Positions 47,843-57,500 are shown, numbered from the stretch's first letter. The stretch: 64,000 bases of DNA from a virus (IMGVR_UViG_3300044716_000122:31046-95045); one strand, 5' to 3'. Notes: generated by a model not told the origin, from the sequence alone. Numbers and translations are program-made.

Positions 47843-48313
47843 TTAGTTTGTTTGTCCTAATGCTTGTATATAAGAGTCAATGATTCTAGACACGGCTTCA
47901 GGCTTTTCATCGGCTTTAAATTTAACTTTAATCTTAGCCATCCCTGAAGAACTTGGATTGATTCCTGAGTCTACTTCAATTCCTTTTATATTGTGTTCGT
48001 ACCCCTTCTTCTTAAATAGTCCCAGTAGAGACTTCTTAAGACTGGATACTTCCTTCTCCTCATCCCCAAAAATTAATCTAGCTTCAAACTCTATATCTAA
48101 CTCATCTAGTCCAATAGAAGAGTGATCTGCTAGAATATAAAGAGGCACTAGTAACTCCTTGTCCCCAATCATAAAGTTTGTAACCTTTGGAGTACCATCC
48201 TCATTAAAGTAATTTCGTAGAGCATTAATGTGTTGTCTTTCACTAATACTCTGAGAAACCATGGCGGCCTCTAATAGACCGCCTACAAGTTCCTCAATGT
48301 TTAATCTTGCCAT
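47843..48313 (-). CDS. DUF2589-family protein (short partner)
   Basis: L..AA..SQ, VPL..LA.H..I.L.EL.IEFE and PEAVSRIID motifs. Confidence 0.7.
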   Translation of the reverse strand: MARLNIEELVGGLLEAAMVSQSISERQHINALRNYFNEDGTPKVTNFMIGDKELLVPLYILADHSSIGLDELDIEFEARLIFGDEEKEVSSLKKSLLGLFKKKGYEHNIKGIEVDSGINPSSSGMAKIKVKFKADEKPEAVSRIIDSYIQALGQTN

Positions 48314-48339
48314 ACAGCAAAGTTAGTTAAATTTTCTGA

Positions 48340-48930
48340 TTAAGATTCTTTACTCAACGGAACCAAAGAAGGCTCTAACATTGCAGTAAGGAAGTCAGAT
48401 AATTTAAGCATGCCTTCTGTTGGAGGCAACTGTTCTGCATGTACTTTTACTTCGTACTTAGCTGAGTTATCAGTCTGCCTAGTGTTCTCTTTGTGAGCAC
48501 TTACGCTACCAGATACCTTAGCATTGAAACTCATACCCCACCATTTGCCACCTGCAGTTACTTCATAAGCTGTCTCAGAATCGTTAGATTCTTTAGACAT
48601 GTCTGAAGTTTTTACTTCCATAGTGAAATTGATGTCAGCAGAAGTAATTGCCAAAGAAGGCAACGGAACCAAAGGAAGCATAGGAACTTTACTGTAAACA
48701 GTCTTAAGTTCTTGAACTCCTGTGTCTCCGTCTGTGAATACACGTTGCATCTCTACATCAAGTGAGCGTGCAACATTAGCATCACCTTTTTTCTCAAAAG
48801 CTACCTCAGAGATGTATCTCCAAGTTACTTCATTTAATTTAGCTTGTCCTTTTGCCATTCCGACAATAGGGCTTACAATAAGGTCTTCGATAGGAAGTCC
48901 TCTGAACTGATCTGCAATTGAATCTGCCAT
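48340..48930 (-). CDS. DUF2589-family protein
   Basis: F.GLPIEDLI..P, VPMLPLVPLPSLAI....INF.MEVK and R.TDNSAKY.V.V.A.Q.PP.EG motifs. Confidence 0.75.
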   Translation of the reverse strand: MADSIADQFRGLPIEDLIVSPIVGMAKGQAKLNEVTWRYISEVAFEKKGDANVARSLDVEMQRVFTDGDTGVQELKTVYSKVPMLPLVPLPSLAITSADINFTMEVKTSDMSKESNDSETAYEVTAGGKWWGMSFNAKVSGSVSAHKENTRQTDNSAKYEVKVHAEQLPPTEGMLKLSDFLTAMLEPSLVPLSKES

Positions 48931-48957
48931 AATTTATATATTAGTTTGTGTTGTTTT

Positions 48958-49161
48958 TTATTTAAATTTAACTGTACCCTGGTACGATTTCTTGACACTT
49001 TCTATTTCCTTAATTGCAGAGTAGAAGGATGTTTTTATTTCTTCATTTATTGTGAAGTTAAAGATAGTACTGCAGTGTGGACACCCAGACTTAGGATTCT
49101 TTAAGATAAACTTTAAGTCTAAGCCTAGGGGTTCTTTACACATCGGACAGGGTATAGCCAT
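48958..49161 (-). CDS. Zinc-ribbon protein
   Basis: CPMC...CPHC. Confidence 0.65.
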   Translation of the reverse strand: MAIPCPMCKEPLGLDLKFILKNPKSGCPHCSTIFNFTINEEIKTSFYSAIKEIESVKKSYQGTVKFK

Positions 49162-49163
49162 GA

Positions 49164-49766
49164 TTAAGGATTACTTGTATTAGATAAAGACTTTTTACAA
49201 TTTGTATTATGCCATCTTGAGATTGCAGCAGGTTGTGCCATAAAGCCACAAACCTCACATGATACTTTTGATTTTGGGTATTTATAATTTGCAGTATTTT
49301 CTCTAGGCTTACGCATCTTCTCTATAGCTTCAGGAGTATGTTTAATTCCTCGTATTGTATTTGCAAGTTTATCTTTTGATTCTTGCGTCCATACTCTACC
49401 TGGTTTTCCTTTTTTATCTAAACTGATTTGGAATTGTCTTATCTTCTCTCGTGTTTCTTGTTTTACAATTACACCAGTACCACCATCACCTCCATCTGTT
49501 TGATTTGCTAGAAAACCTTCAGACTTATCTTTTCTCCCGTATAATTTAATGAGTTCCTTTTCCTTTTCACAAGCCTCTTCCCAACTTAAGTCATTCATAA
49601 TAATATCTACTCTATAGTTTGTTTTGGCTATAATATTATGCCAATACTCATTACGATGCTCTTTTGCTTTAGACCTCTTAAATTTTCCTTCATTATCATC
49701 TACGCCTACTCCAATATAAAATGGAATATTCGTATCTAATCTAATATGTCTATACACGTAAGCCAT
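49164..49766 (-). CDS. Free-standing GIY-YIG-like homing endonuclease with NUMOD3 motifs
   Basis: YVY..(11)..FYIG, E..LI..YG, LANQTDGG, G.KHTPEAIEKMR and a terminal CxxC. Confidence 0.75.
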   Translation of the reverse strand: MAYVYRHIRLDTNIPFYIGVGVDDNEGKFKRSKAKEHRNEYWHNIIAKTNYRVDIIMNDLSWEEACEKEKELIKLYGRKDKSEGFLANQTDGGDGGTGVIVKQETREKIRQFQISLDKKGKPGRVWTQESKDKLANTIRGIKHTPEAIEKMRKPRENTANYKYPKSKVSCEVCGFMAQPAAISRWHNTNCKKSLSNTSNP

Positions 49767-49778
49767 AAGTAAATATAC

Positions 49779-50147
49779 TTAATTTTCTTCTCTTTTACTA
49801 TATTTAGCAGCTATGATTTCTGGGGTATCGTCTTCCTCATCTACTTTAGAGATTAACATTTTATCTCTATCTTCAGAATTGAACCAGTAGTCAACTACTT
49901 TGTTTAAGTTACCTACAAAGGCACCCAACAAAATAAGTAACATTTCTTTCCAATCTTCTCCAATAGATGCTCCTAAAAATACTGCTGCATTAATACCAAC
50001 AATAATTAAAGTAAACAAACCTAATACAATTGCTGTAATTCTCCAACGATTAGCTTGCATTTGTTGTAGCATATAGTAGAACCTGTTCTTAGGATCTACT
50101 GCTACTGGCTCTGCTTGGGTAAAACCAAGTGTTTTTTTAATGTTCAT
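49779..50147 (-). CDS. Two-TM membrane protein (holin-like)
   Basis: Two hydrophobic helices, VVDYWF.S motif. Confidence 0.55.
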   Translation of the reverse strand: MNIKKTLGFTQAEPVAVDPKNRFYYMLQQMQANRWRITAIVLGLFTLIIVGINAAVFLGASIGEDWKEMLLILLGAFVGNLNKVVDYWFNSEDRDKMLISKVDEEDDTPEIIAAKYSKREEN

Positions 50148-52045
50148 TTTTGTACAATTATTTTTGAATGTAATACTTCTGTCTCAGTTGTTACAGAAAG
50201 GATATAGAGGCCATTAGAAAGACGATCTAGGTTTGCACTATACTTGTACTTACCTGCGGGCATACGTTGTTTTAAAATAGTCTGTATGCGTCTTCCTACC
50301 TCATCAGAGATAGCCATGTCTACGTTAGAGTCTTCTTTAATCTTGAATTGAATCTGAATATCTCCTTCTGTAGGATTAGGAAATACTATAATAGAGTTTA
50401 AATCATTAAGCGAAACAGTTCCTTTGTTAACTCTACGTACTTCAATAATACCCATAGCAGGAGTGATGTTCATATCCTTAGAGTTTTTGTCTCCTACGTA
50501 TTTAGCACCTGTCCATAAAGCTGCACTTGCCCAACTATCTTGAGGCTTCTTAGCAATGAACTGAACATTGAAAGCCTGTTCTCCGTCATTAAGCATGTTC
50601 TCGTTAGTTAAGTCAGCACCTCCCCAAGATACTATACCATTAGAAGGGTTCATATAAGTAGTCCACTTCATCATCTTCTCAGAGTTCTCAATACCTTTAA
50701 ACTCTAAGTAAGCTGTGTCGTACTTAAGATCTAACTGTAATGCACCTAAGTTCTTTCCGTTAGTTAAAACTTTAACAGGAATGTTAACTAGGTTTCCTTC
50801 TTCTACACTTACTTTGGGCATGTTTACCTCAATAGTTTCTGCAGGGAAATCATAACTTACAGTTTCGTCAATAATGTAACGCTTTGCATTAGCAGAGTTA
50901 ACAATCTTAATAGGAGTTAAACGAGCCATCTTAAATCCTGTAGAGTTTGCATCTCCTTTAACAGCTACATAGTAAGTAATAGAATCTCTTCCATCTACAG
51001 AGTAAGTAAAGTTATTTACAGTAGAGTAAGTAGCAGTTAAGTTAGAAGCAGATCCGTTGATTGAATTATATTCAGCAACTGTGAAGAACATTACATCTTT
51101 CTTTGAGTTAGGCCAAGCAGAGAATCTACCTGCCAAACGTCCGTATACAGAGTATACATCAGCAATAGAAATATCACCAGTAGTACCGTTTACATCCATT
51201 GTGTAGTAATCAAATCCTGCGGGAGTGTATTGACCTAAGATAGCTTGGTTAACCTTCTGTGCATCTGCAGTAGAGAATACGTTACCTGGAGTCATTGTAT
51301 CACCTTTAACTGCAATACGTACATCCCAATAAGTAGTATCTAAGAACTTACGGAATACAGTAACCCCGTTAGAGTTAGTTTTCTGTGCAGCAACTTCAGT
51401 CCAGGTAGAAGAACCTTTAGCTCTTTTCTCTAAGCTAACTGTTAAGTTCTTAGCATCTGTACCTGTAACGTTCTTAAACTTAGTAGCAAATCTTAATACC
51501 TTTTGGTTGAAACGTCCACCATAAGAGTAAACTACCAAAGTAGTGTCGTTACCCCAGTTAGTAGCAGCTCTATTAGAGAATGACTTAACACCTGCAACTT
51601 TTAAAGTCTTGATAGAATCTAAACTGTTCCATACAGACTCAGCAGCGTGAGTGAAAGTCAAATCAAATGTAGCTCCGTTAGAATAGTTGTAAGTAGAACT
51701 AGTACCTGTGTAAGCCAAGGTAACTGTTAAGAATCCTTGTGTGTTACTATCTACGTACTGAAGATATTGATCTGTAGTAGAAATCTTAAGAGAAGGAACG
51801 ACTGCAGTAAAAGCTGTTTTGTCGTAGAACACACGGAATTGCATACCTGTGATCTTCTCTGAAGTAGAAGTGTTATAGAAATGTAGAGGAGCAACTGTCT
51901 GACCTACAGTGTTAGTAGCTACTTGATAGCCTGAGTCAATGACTACCCAGTGACCTGTACCTGGAGAGGTAGCAGAACTTTGTGCTGATACATTGCCAAC
52001 CAACAATGTAAGCACCCCGATGAAGACTTTAATTAATTTGTTCAT
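50144..52045 (-). CDS. T9SS-secreted protein: cohesin, Ig/dockerin, cohesin, type A CTD
   Basis: Signal peptide VSA-Q; cohesin-like ITGMQFRVFYD and VNIPVKV...LGALQLDLKYD..YLEF; DVNG..GDISIAD; C-terminal VFPNP...GR...LSNGLYIL...KIIVQK. Confidence 0.8.
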   Translation of the reverse strand: MNKLIKVFIGVLTLLVGNVSAQSSATSPGTGHWVVIDSGYQVATNTVGQTVAPLHFYNTSTSEKITGMQFRVFYDKTAFTAVVPSLKISTTDQYLQYVDSNTQGFLTVTLAYTGTSSTYNYSNGATFDLTFTHAAESVWNSLDSIKTLKVAGVKSFSNRAATNWGNDTTLVVYSYGGRFNQKVLRFATKFKNVTGTDAKNLTVSLEKRAKGSSTWTEVAAQKTNSNGVTVFRKFLDTTYWDVRIAVKGDTMTPGNVFSTADAQKVNQAILGQYTPAGFDYYTMDVNGTTGDISIADVYSVYGRLAGRFSAWPNSKKDVMFFTVAEYNSINGSASNLTATYSTVNNFTYSVDGRDSITYYVAVKGDANSTGFKMARLTPIKIVNSANAKRYIIDETVSYDFPAETIEVNMPKVSVEEGNLVNIPVKVLTNGKNLGALQLDLKYDTAYLEFKGIENSEKMMKWTTYMNPSNGIVSWGGADLTNENMLNDGEQAFNVQFIAKKPQDSWASAALWTGAKYVGDKNSKDMNITPAMGIIEVRRVNKGTVSLNDLNSIIVFPNPTEGDIQIQFKIKEDSNVDMAISDEVGRRIQTILKQRMPAGKYKYSANLDRLSNGLYILSVTTETEVLHSKIIVQK

Positions 52046-52512
52046 TTTGTTTTTATTTTACTTAGTTTGTGTATTTGTTCTACAGCGTTTGCCTGTAACC
52101 AAGGCTCTGGGGTTGGTAGTTTATTTATAAAACTTAGTTCGTATATGTAACACTTAAGTTCTTCTTCATCTAGACTCTGTACTACTGGATGTAGCAAGTA
52201 GCTTAGGTGAAGACTTTCATGTACAAGAACGCAAGCTAAGTTAGCAATTGAGTTCATCTTTGCATCTCCTACGGCTATGTAAATAGTGTTTCCGTCTTGA
52301 GATATGTTGTTAGAAGAATAGGGACTAATCCAAAAGTCTACTATGTCGCAGACATCTATCAATCTAGTGTATATGTTGACATCTGTTTGAGCAATTAATG
52401 CTAAGGCTGAGTCTACCTTTAAATCCCAACCATCCCCTGCCTTCATCACTTTAATCTGAGAAGAACAGGGGATAGAGAGAATCAGAAAAAGACTTACTAG
52501 AAGTCCTTTCAT
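52042..52512 (-). CDS. Exported zincin-like metallopeptidase
   Basis: Signal peptide; LVHESLH...EE motif. Confidence 0.65.
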   Translation of the reverse strand: MKGLLVSLFLILSIPCSSQIKVMKAGDGWDLKVDSALALIAQTDVNIYTRLIDVCDIVDFWISPYSSNNISQDGNTIYIAVGDAKMNSIANLACVLVHESLHLSYLLHPVVQSLDEEELKCYIYELSFINKLPTPEPWLQANAVEQIHKLSKIKTK

Positions 52513-53100
52513 TTATTTAATATCTTTAGACTCGATAAGAGTGTACGTAAAAGAATTACCACCCAATGTTGCAGCCTTCTTACAGATAGCCAAGAATGCA
52601 TCAAAGTCGGCAGACTTCTTAAACACTTGGCAACCTTCTGACCAGTTCTCAACGTAGGTAGAGTCTGCACCAGCTTTATGAATGTTAATACCGAAGATCC
52701 CTTCTTGTATCTTGGACTCATCATAGTTCATGTCTTTGTTAGCATCACGGTAAACTTTAACGTTAGCCTTTTGCTTAAGGGCTTCGTATTTACCTTGGTG
52801 TAATGCAATGTGGTGTGAACCTGAGTATTGACCAGGTACTAAACGTGCAACACCTGCAGCGTTATGGAATTCTTTAACTCCCTTAGTTCCTGGATCTGTA
52901 GTAGCAGGCCAGATTTTAAATTTCCACTCTCCACCTTCTTTGTAAGAAAGAGTCAAGTGATCGTCAAATACGTTAGTTACTTTAGTACCAGTAGCAGAGT
53001 TTCTAACACCAATGATATTGATATTAAAGTCTCCGTTTTCAAAGTACTTGTAACCTTTAGCTTTCATAGCCGCTTCGATTTGTTCTCTTGTGTAGCTCAT
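52513..53100 (-). CDS. Probable endolysin with L,D-transpeptidase-like His/Cys motif
   Basis: GINIH...WSEGCQV; no signal peptide; adjacent to a holin-like gene. Confidence 0.6.
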   Translation of the reverse strand: MSYTREQIEAAMKAKGYKYFENGDFNINIIGVRNSATGTKVTNVFDDHLTLSYKEGGEWKFKIWPATTDPGTKGVKEFHNAAGVARLVPGQYSGSHHIALHQGKYEALKQKANVKVYRDANKDMNYDESKIQEGIFGINIHKAGADSTYVENWSEGCQVFKKSADFDAFLAICKKAATLGGNSFTYTLIESKDIK

Positions 53101-53134
53101 AGTTTATAGTTTATAGTTTATAATTTATAGTAAA

Positions 53135-53383
53135 TTAGTCTTCGCTAGGTGCTTCTGGCTTCTTCATGATTTTCTCAACAGAAGTCAAACCTAAACAACC
53201 AAAAGCCAACAAAGCAACTGCATCCACCAAAGGAACAGAAGGAGCAAAGTGAGCTTCAGTAAAAGAGTTAGCGTACAATGTAGCGCATAGTGTAATTGTG
53301 CATGCTAATCCGCACAATCGTTTCATGGAGACAGAACCCTTCTCATCTTTGAAGAGTCCGCCAATAAAGTTTAATAGTTTCAT
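53135..53383 (-). CDS. Probable holin
   Basis: 82 aa, G..SMKR followed by two TM helices. Confidence 0.6.
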   Translation of the reverse strand: MKLLNFIGGLFKDEKGSVSMKRLCGLACTITLCATLYANSFTEAHFAPSVPLVDAVALLAFGCLGLTSVEKIMKKPEAPSED

Positions 53384-53502
53384 ATGTTACCTTTTTTATT
53401 CTTTAAGAATTTAATAATGTCTTCTATAACCCACTTAGAAAGTAGAGCAGTGAGAAAAACAGTTAAACTCACCAGCACAGTGGTATCTGAAAGGATGTTC
53501 AA
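53380..53502 (-). CDS. Small single-TM protein coupled to the holin (TTG start or frameshifted ATG)
   Basis: LNILSDTTVLVSLTVFLTALLSKWVIEDIIKFLKNKKGNI*; its stop overlaps the holin start (ATGA). Confidence 0.45.
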   Translation of the reverse strand: MNILSDTTVLVSLTVFLTALLSKWVIEDIIKFLKNKKGNI

Positions 53503-53556
53503 AGCAACTTCGGACTTTCATAAACGGTACTTAGGTGAGAAAAGGTTGGTTATGGG

Positions 53557-53586
53557 CAAAGATAAACCTTTAAAAAAATAAGTCAA
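53557..53586 (-). promoter_or_regulatory. Bacteroidota sigma-A type promoter of the lysis/envelope operon
   Basis: TTG-N19-TATCTTTG. Confidence 0.7.
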
Positions 53587-53603
53587 CTACTTGTAGATTA
53601 AAC

Positions 53604-53632
53604 AAAAAACCCCCAGATTTCTCTGAGGGTTT
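53604..53632 (-). terminator. Intrinsic terminator
   Basis: AAACCCCCAGA/TCTGAGGGTTT near-perfect stem with a T-run on the minus strand. Confidence 0.65.
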
Positions 53633-53659
53633 CTTTAAACTAATAGTTTAATAAATTAC

Positions 53660-53959
53660 TTAAATTACTTCTGCCTGAGTAAAGGGAACTACAGGAGTTT
53701 CTTCAGCAGGTACTTCAGCAGGGATGTGCTCAAATGAATCCAAGTTGATTTGACCTTTACCATAGTTAGCTTCAATAGATTGGAAGAACTCATTCTGTTC
53801 TTTTACTACTTCTGCCATTGCTTCTTTTACTTTCTCTTTTACAGAAAGCAAGTCATTCATCTGGAGTTCAATCTTACCCAAATCCATAATTACGTTTTGA
53901 GTCTTCTGCTGGAAGCCTTTGATTGCTTCAATTTCTTGTTCGTTTAATTTAGTTGCCAT
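53660..53959 (-). CDS. Small coiled-coil protein
   Basis: 99 aa, YGKGQINL motif, own promoter. Confidence 0.65.
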   Translation of the reverse strand: MATKLNEQEIEAIKGFQQKTQNVIMDLGKIELQMNDLLSVKEKVKEAMAEVVKEQNEFFQSIEANYGKGQINLDSFEHIPAEVPAEETPVVPFTQAEVI

Positions 53960-53984
53960 GATTTATATGTTTAGTTGGTTTATG

Positions 53985-54017
53985 CAAATATAATGCTTTT
54001 TTATAAATCCTGCCAAA
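53985..54017 (-). promoter_or_regulatory. Bacteroidota sigma-A type promoter
   Basis: TTTG-N21-TATATTTG. Confidence 0.65.
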
Positions 54018-54524
54018 TTAGCAGTCTTCTACCTTAGCAGCAGTGAATAAGCTGACAAGTTTTGCTTTCAAGTGGCTGTAGCCAAATGCAAAAATGTCAA
54101 CACCTTCAGCTGAAGATAAATCAGGAACTGTGTTAGTTACTGTGTATTCCTCGGTAACTTCTTCAGTAGTGTACTCTTTTACAGTGTACTCTTCTGATAC
54201 CTCTTCACCTTCTGCGTTAGTGATAGTACGAGTCTTAACTACGTCCTTCTCTACTGGTTGCATCATAGTGCGAGTCTTTACCTCTTCTACTTGCTTAGTC
54301 AAAGGAACAGATAAGTACTCACCAATTGCTTGGTTACGTGCTTGATCTCCACCCATAGGGCCCATAGAAGCGTTACTAGGAGTAGCATCAGCTTCACTTA
54401 AGTAAAGTTGGATGCGGAAGTTAGCGTTACCAGATTTAGAAATTTGGTAGTCAGCAATACGGACATAGGCTTCAGAAGTTATCCCCTTATCCGTCCCGAT
54501 GTTTTTTGTGATTTTAAGTGCCAT
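54018..54524 (-). CDS. Tail fibre-associated protein
   Basis: MAL...AYVRI...Y.HLK...F....DC pattern, downstream of the tail fibre gene. Confidence 0.5.
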   Translation of the reverse strand: MALKITKNIGTDKGITSEAYVRIADYQISKSGNANFRIQLYLSEADATPSNASMGPMGGDQARNQAIGEYLSVPLTKQVEEVKTRTMMQPVEKDVVKTRTITNAEGEEVSEEYTVKEYTTEEVTEEYTVTNTVPDLSSAEGVDIFAFGYSHLKAKLVSLFTAAKVEDC

Positions 54525-54560
54525 TGTTTTATAATTATAATTTTAGATTTGTATACATAA

Positions 54561-54591
54561 CAAATATACTCAATAAAGTTTATTTTGTCAA
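54561..54591 (-). promoter_or_regulatory. Bacteroidota sigma-A type promoter
   Basis: TTG-N20-TATATTTG. Confidence 0.7.
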
Positions 54592-54592
54592 G

Positions 54593-57500
54593 TTACTTGT
54601 TTTTTAATAGTTCTATCTCAGCCCTTAAAGCCTCGATCATTGTTTGTTGTTCTTTCATTGCTTCTACCAATAGAGGGATAACTTTAGTGTAAGCCAAGTT
54701 CTTGTATCCATCTTCTTGAGTAGTAACCGCTTCTGGAAGTACTGCCTCAACATCTTGAGCAATAAGACCTACATCATGTGTGCCTACGTGCTCACCTGAG
54801 TTCCAATCAAACTCTACACCACGTAGAGATTTAATCTTTTCTACAGGAGTAGTAATAGGAGTGAGGTTATCCTTAAGTCTAGAATCTGAAGGCTGAACAA
54901 CTGTGTAGTCAAAAATTACTTGGTTTAAGCCTCTTGGAACGTAGAACATTCTTGAGTCTGTACTGTTCTCTGCAATACGTCTGAATTCAATGTCTTGACC
55001 TCCTGCATCTCCAGTAAGAAGTATCTTAAATGTTTTCCAACTAGAATCTGCTTGACCTCTCAATAAGAAGTAAGTCAAAGGATCTTGGTTATACCCTACG
55101 TTAGAGTGAACTTGTAAACCTGTTCCATTACTTCCAGCAACAGTACAAGTATTACCTACTTGGTTTACTACAGTTTTCCAAGCACTCCAGCTACCATTAT
55201 ATCCAGATCTATAAGCCAAAGCTCTGTATGCACCTCCAGTATTAGCAACATCTTCAGGGAAGTACATTTGCATCAAAGGACCTCCAGTTTCACCATAAGA
55301 TAAAACAGTACCATAACCATAAGAATCACTAGGTCTATTAGCTCCAGTGTGACCTAATGCATTAGATACAATTAACTTAGCAGTAATAAAATAGCTATTC
55401 CAATCTTGACCATAGATATCTCCAAACTTAGTAAGCTGTTGTGATATTGTAGCGTAACTTACAGATTGGCTAGCGATGTTTCCTGTATTAATTGCTCCAG
55501 ATACAGTTTGATAAGTACCACTAGATTCATAGGCCATAGACCCTAATCCTAATTGAGACTTAACGTGAGCAACACTAGACTTCCTTAACCATCCATCTCC
55601 ATTACTTGTATAGAATGAGTTGATAGTTGGGTTCTCTGTTTCAGATACGTTTGAGTTAATGTAATGAGCATAGATGTAGTTGTTAGCATCTCTAATAACC
55701 ACTGTGTTTGCACCTACACTACCAGAAGGAGCATATCCACCTACAGTGGCAGCGCTACCCGTAGTATTCTGATTCCAAGTAGGAACTGTTCCAGTTAATC
55801 CTGAATAAGCCACGTTGGTGGCTGTTGCTGCATTACCTGATACCGAAATACTCCATGTACCACTTGCCCCAGTACCCGTTAGTGTAGGAGAATAACTTGT
55901 GTAATTAACTGAAGTTAAAATATCACAAAAAGCTCCCCAAGTACTATCAATACCTTTTCTTAATCTTAAGCCAGGATTTCCAGAACCATTAACACCTGTT
56001 TGATTAACAAATGCTAACTGATAAGAAGAATCTCCTGTAGAGGAAGTTGTGCCATCCCAAGGATTAAATTGTAATAAACCTGCATAGTTACCTACAGCAC
56101 CTACACTTCCTGCTCCTACAAATGAAAATCTAAATGATCTAGCTGATGTTGTAGGATAGTGATTTGCACTACCTGGATTTCTGTCGTCATCATTATAAGA
56201 GTACCAACCTCCTGTATTAGCTAAGCCAGCAAAAGTAGGAGAGTTACCTGTACCTACACTCTGGTTAATGGTGTATGCTGTAATGTTACTAGCTGTTCCT
56301 GAGATACTAGCACTTGATGTAATATAACCACTTGGGTTTGTAGCATTGTACGGAGTAAAGCCTAATGCTGTGGTTACGTTACCTGAGTTAATTCCTGTAA
56401 TATAACCAGAGTTATTCGTAAACTGAGAAATGTTCATGCTAGTTAAAACACCTGCTTCATCAGCATATCCAGCAGCTGCTTTTGTCCAACTTCCCCAACT
56501 ACCACCTTCTTGTGTTCTATAATAAGTATACTTACGAGCATGATCTCTTGCTACAGCAGTCATTAATCCATAAGTACCATATGCATAATCATTGCCTAGA
56601 CCTTGTGTCTGTACATAGTATTGAGAACCTGATTGTGGAGTATCGTTAGCAGTAGAGCCTTGCATAAACCAAACACCAAAGTTTGGAATTGCTCCAAATG
56701 TTTGATACGTGCTATGTCCTTGTCCACTGTTATTCCAAAGTTGTATTTTGCTCAAGCCATTAAGCTGAGCTGAATTAGTTACTGATTGGCTTCCAATGTT
56801 AGCAGTTGTAATTGCATCTGTAATTCCATAACCACTAATTGTAGTTGGCTTAGATGAAACGTTTGCAAATGAAATACCTGTAATATACCCACTAGGATTT
56901 GTACTATTGTATGGGGTAAATCCAAGAGAAGCCTGCTTACTATCAAGAGCTGTTTGTAATCCTGTTACATCTGATATAGCGTGAGTATGTGCAGTAATAG
57001 AAGTTAAAAATCCTCCATAGTTACCTAGATCGTTTGTAAATTGAGACAAGGCAGTAGGACGAGAACTTACGTTAGTCCATGCTACTGATCCAGCAGATCC
57101 AGTAACACTAATGCTCCAAGTTCCTGAAGCACCTGTTCCTGCAAGAGACGGAGAGTAAGCTGTATAGTTTGCATCGTTAAGTAGTACTCTCCAAGGGTTA
57201 AATGAACCAGCATCGCCATTTCTTGTTCTAAAGGCAATACCTGTTCCACTACCACTATAGGCAGCGTTAAGTTGTAATGAGTATCCTGGTTCACTAAATC
57301 TAGCAATAGGTCCTGTATATGGAGCATTTACTGAATATGTAAATCCTGTAGAGTTAGCGTCCATTGTATTAGCATCAAGAGTAAATCCTTGATAATACAT
57401 TACATAAGACGGTTTACTTGATACATTACCCCATGCTACTGCATTTGCTGTACCTGCTGTTGTTGCGTAAGACACGGATTGACTTCCAATATTAGAAGTA

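Noticed and set aside
53101-53130. Short tandem AGTTTAT repeats
   Set aside because: Low-complexity A-rich leader of the lysin gene; no spacers, not a CRISPR array
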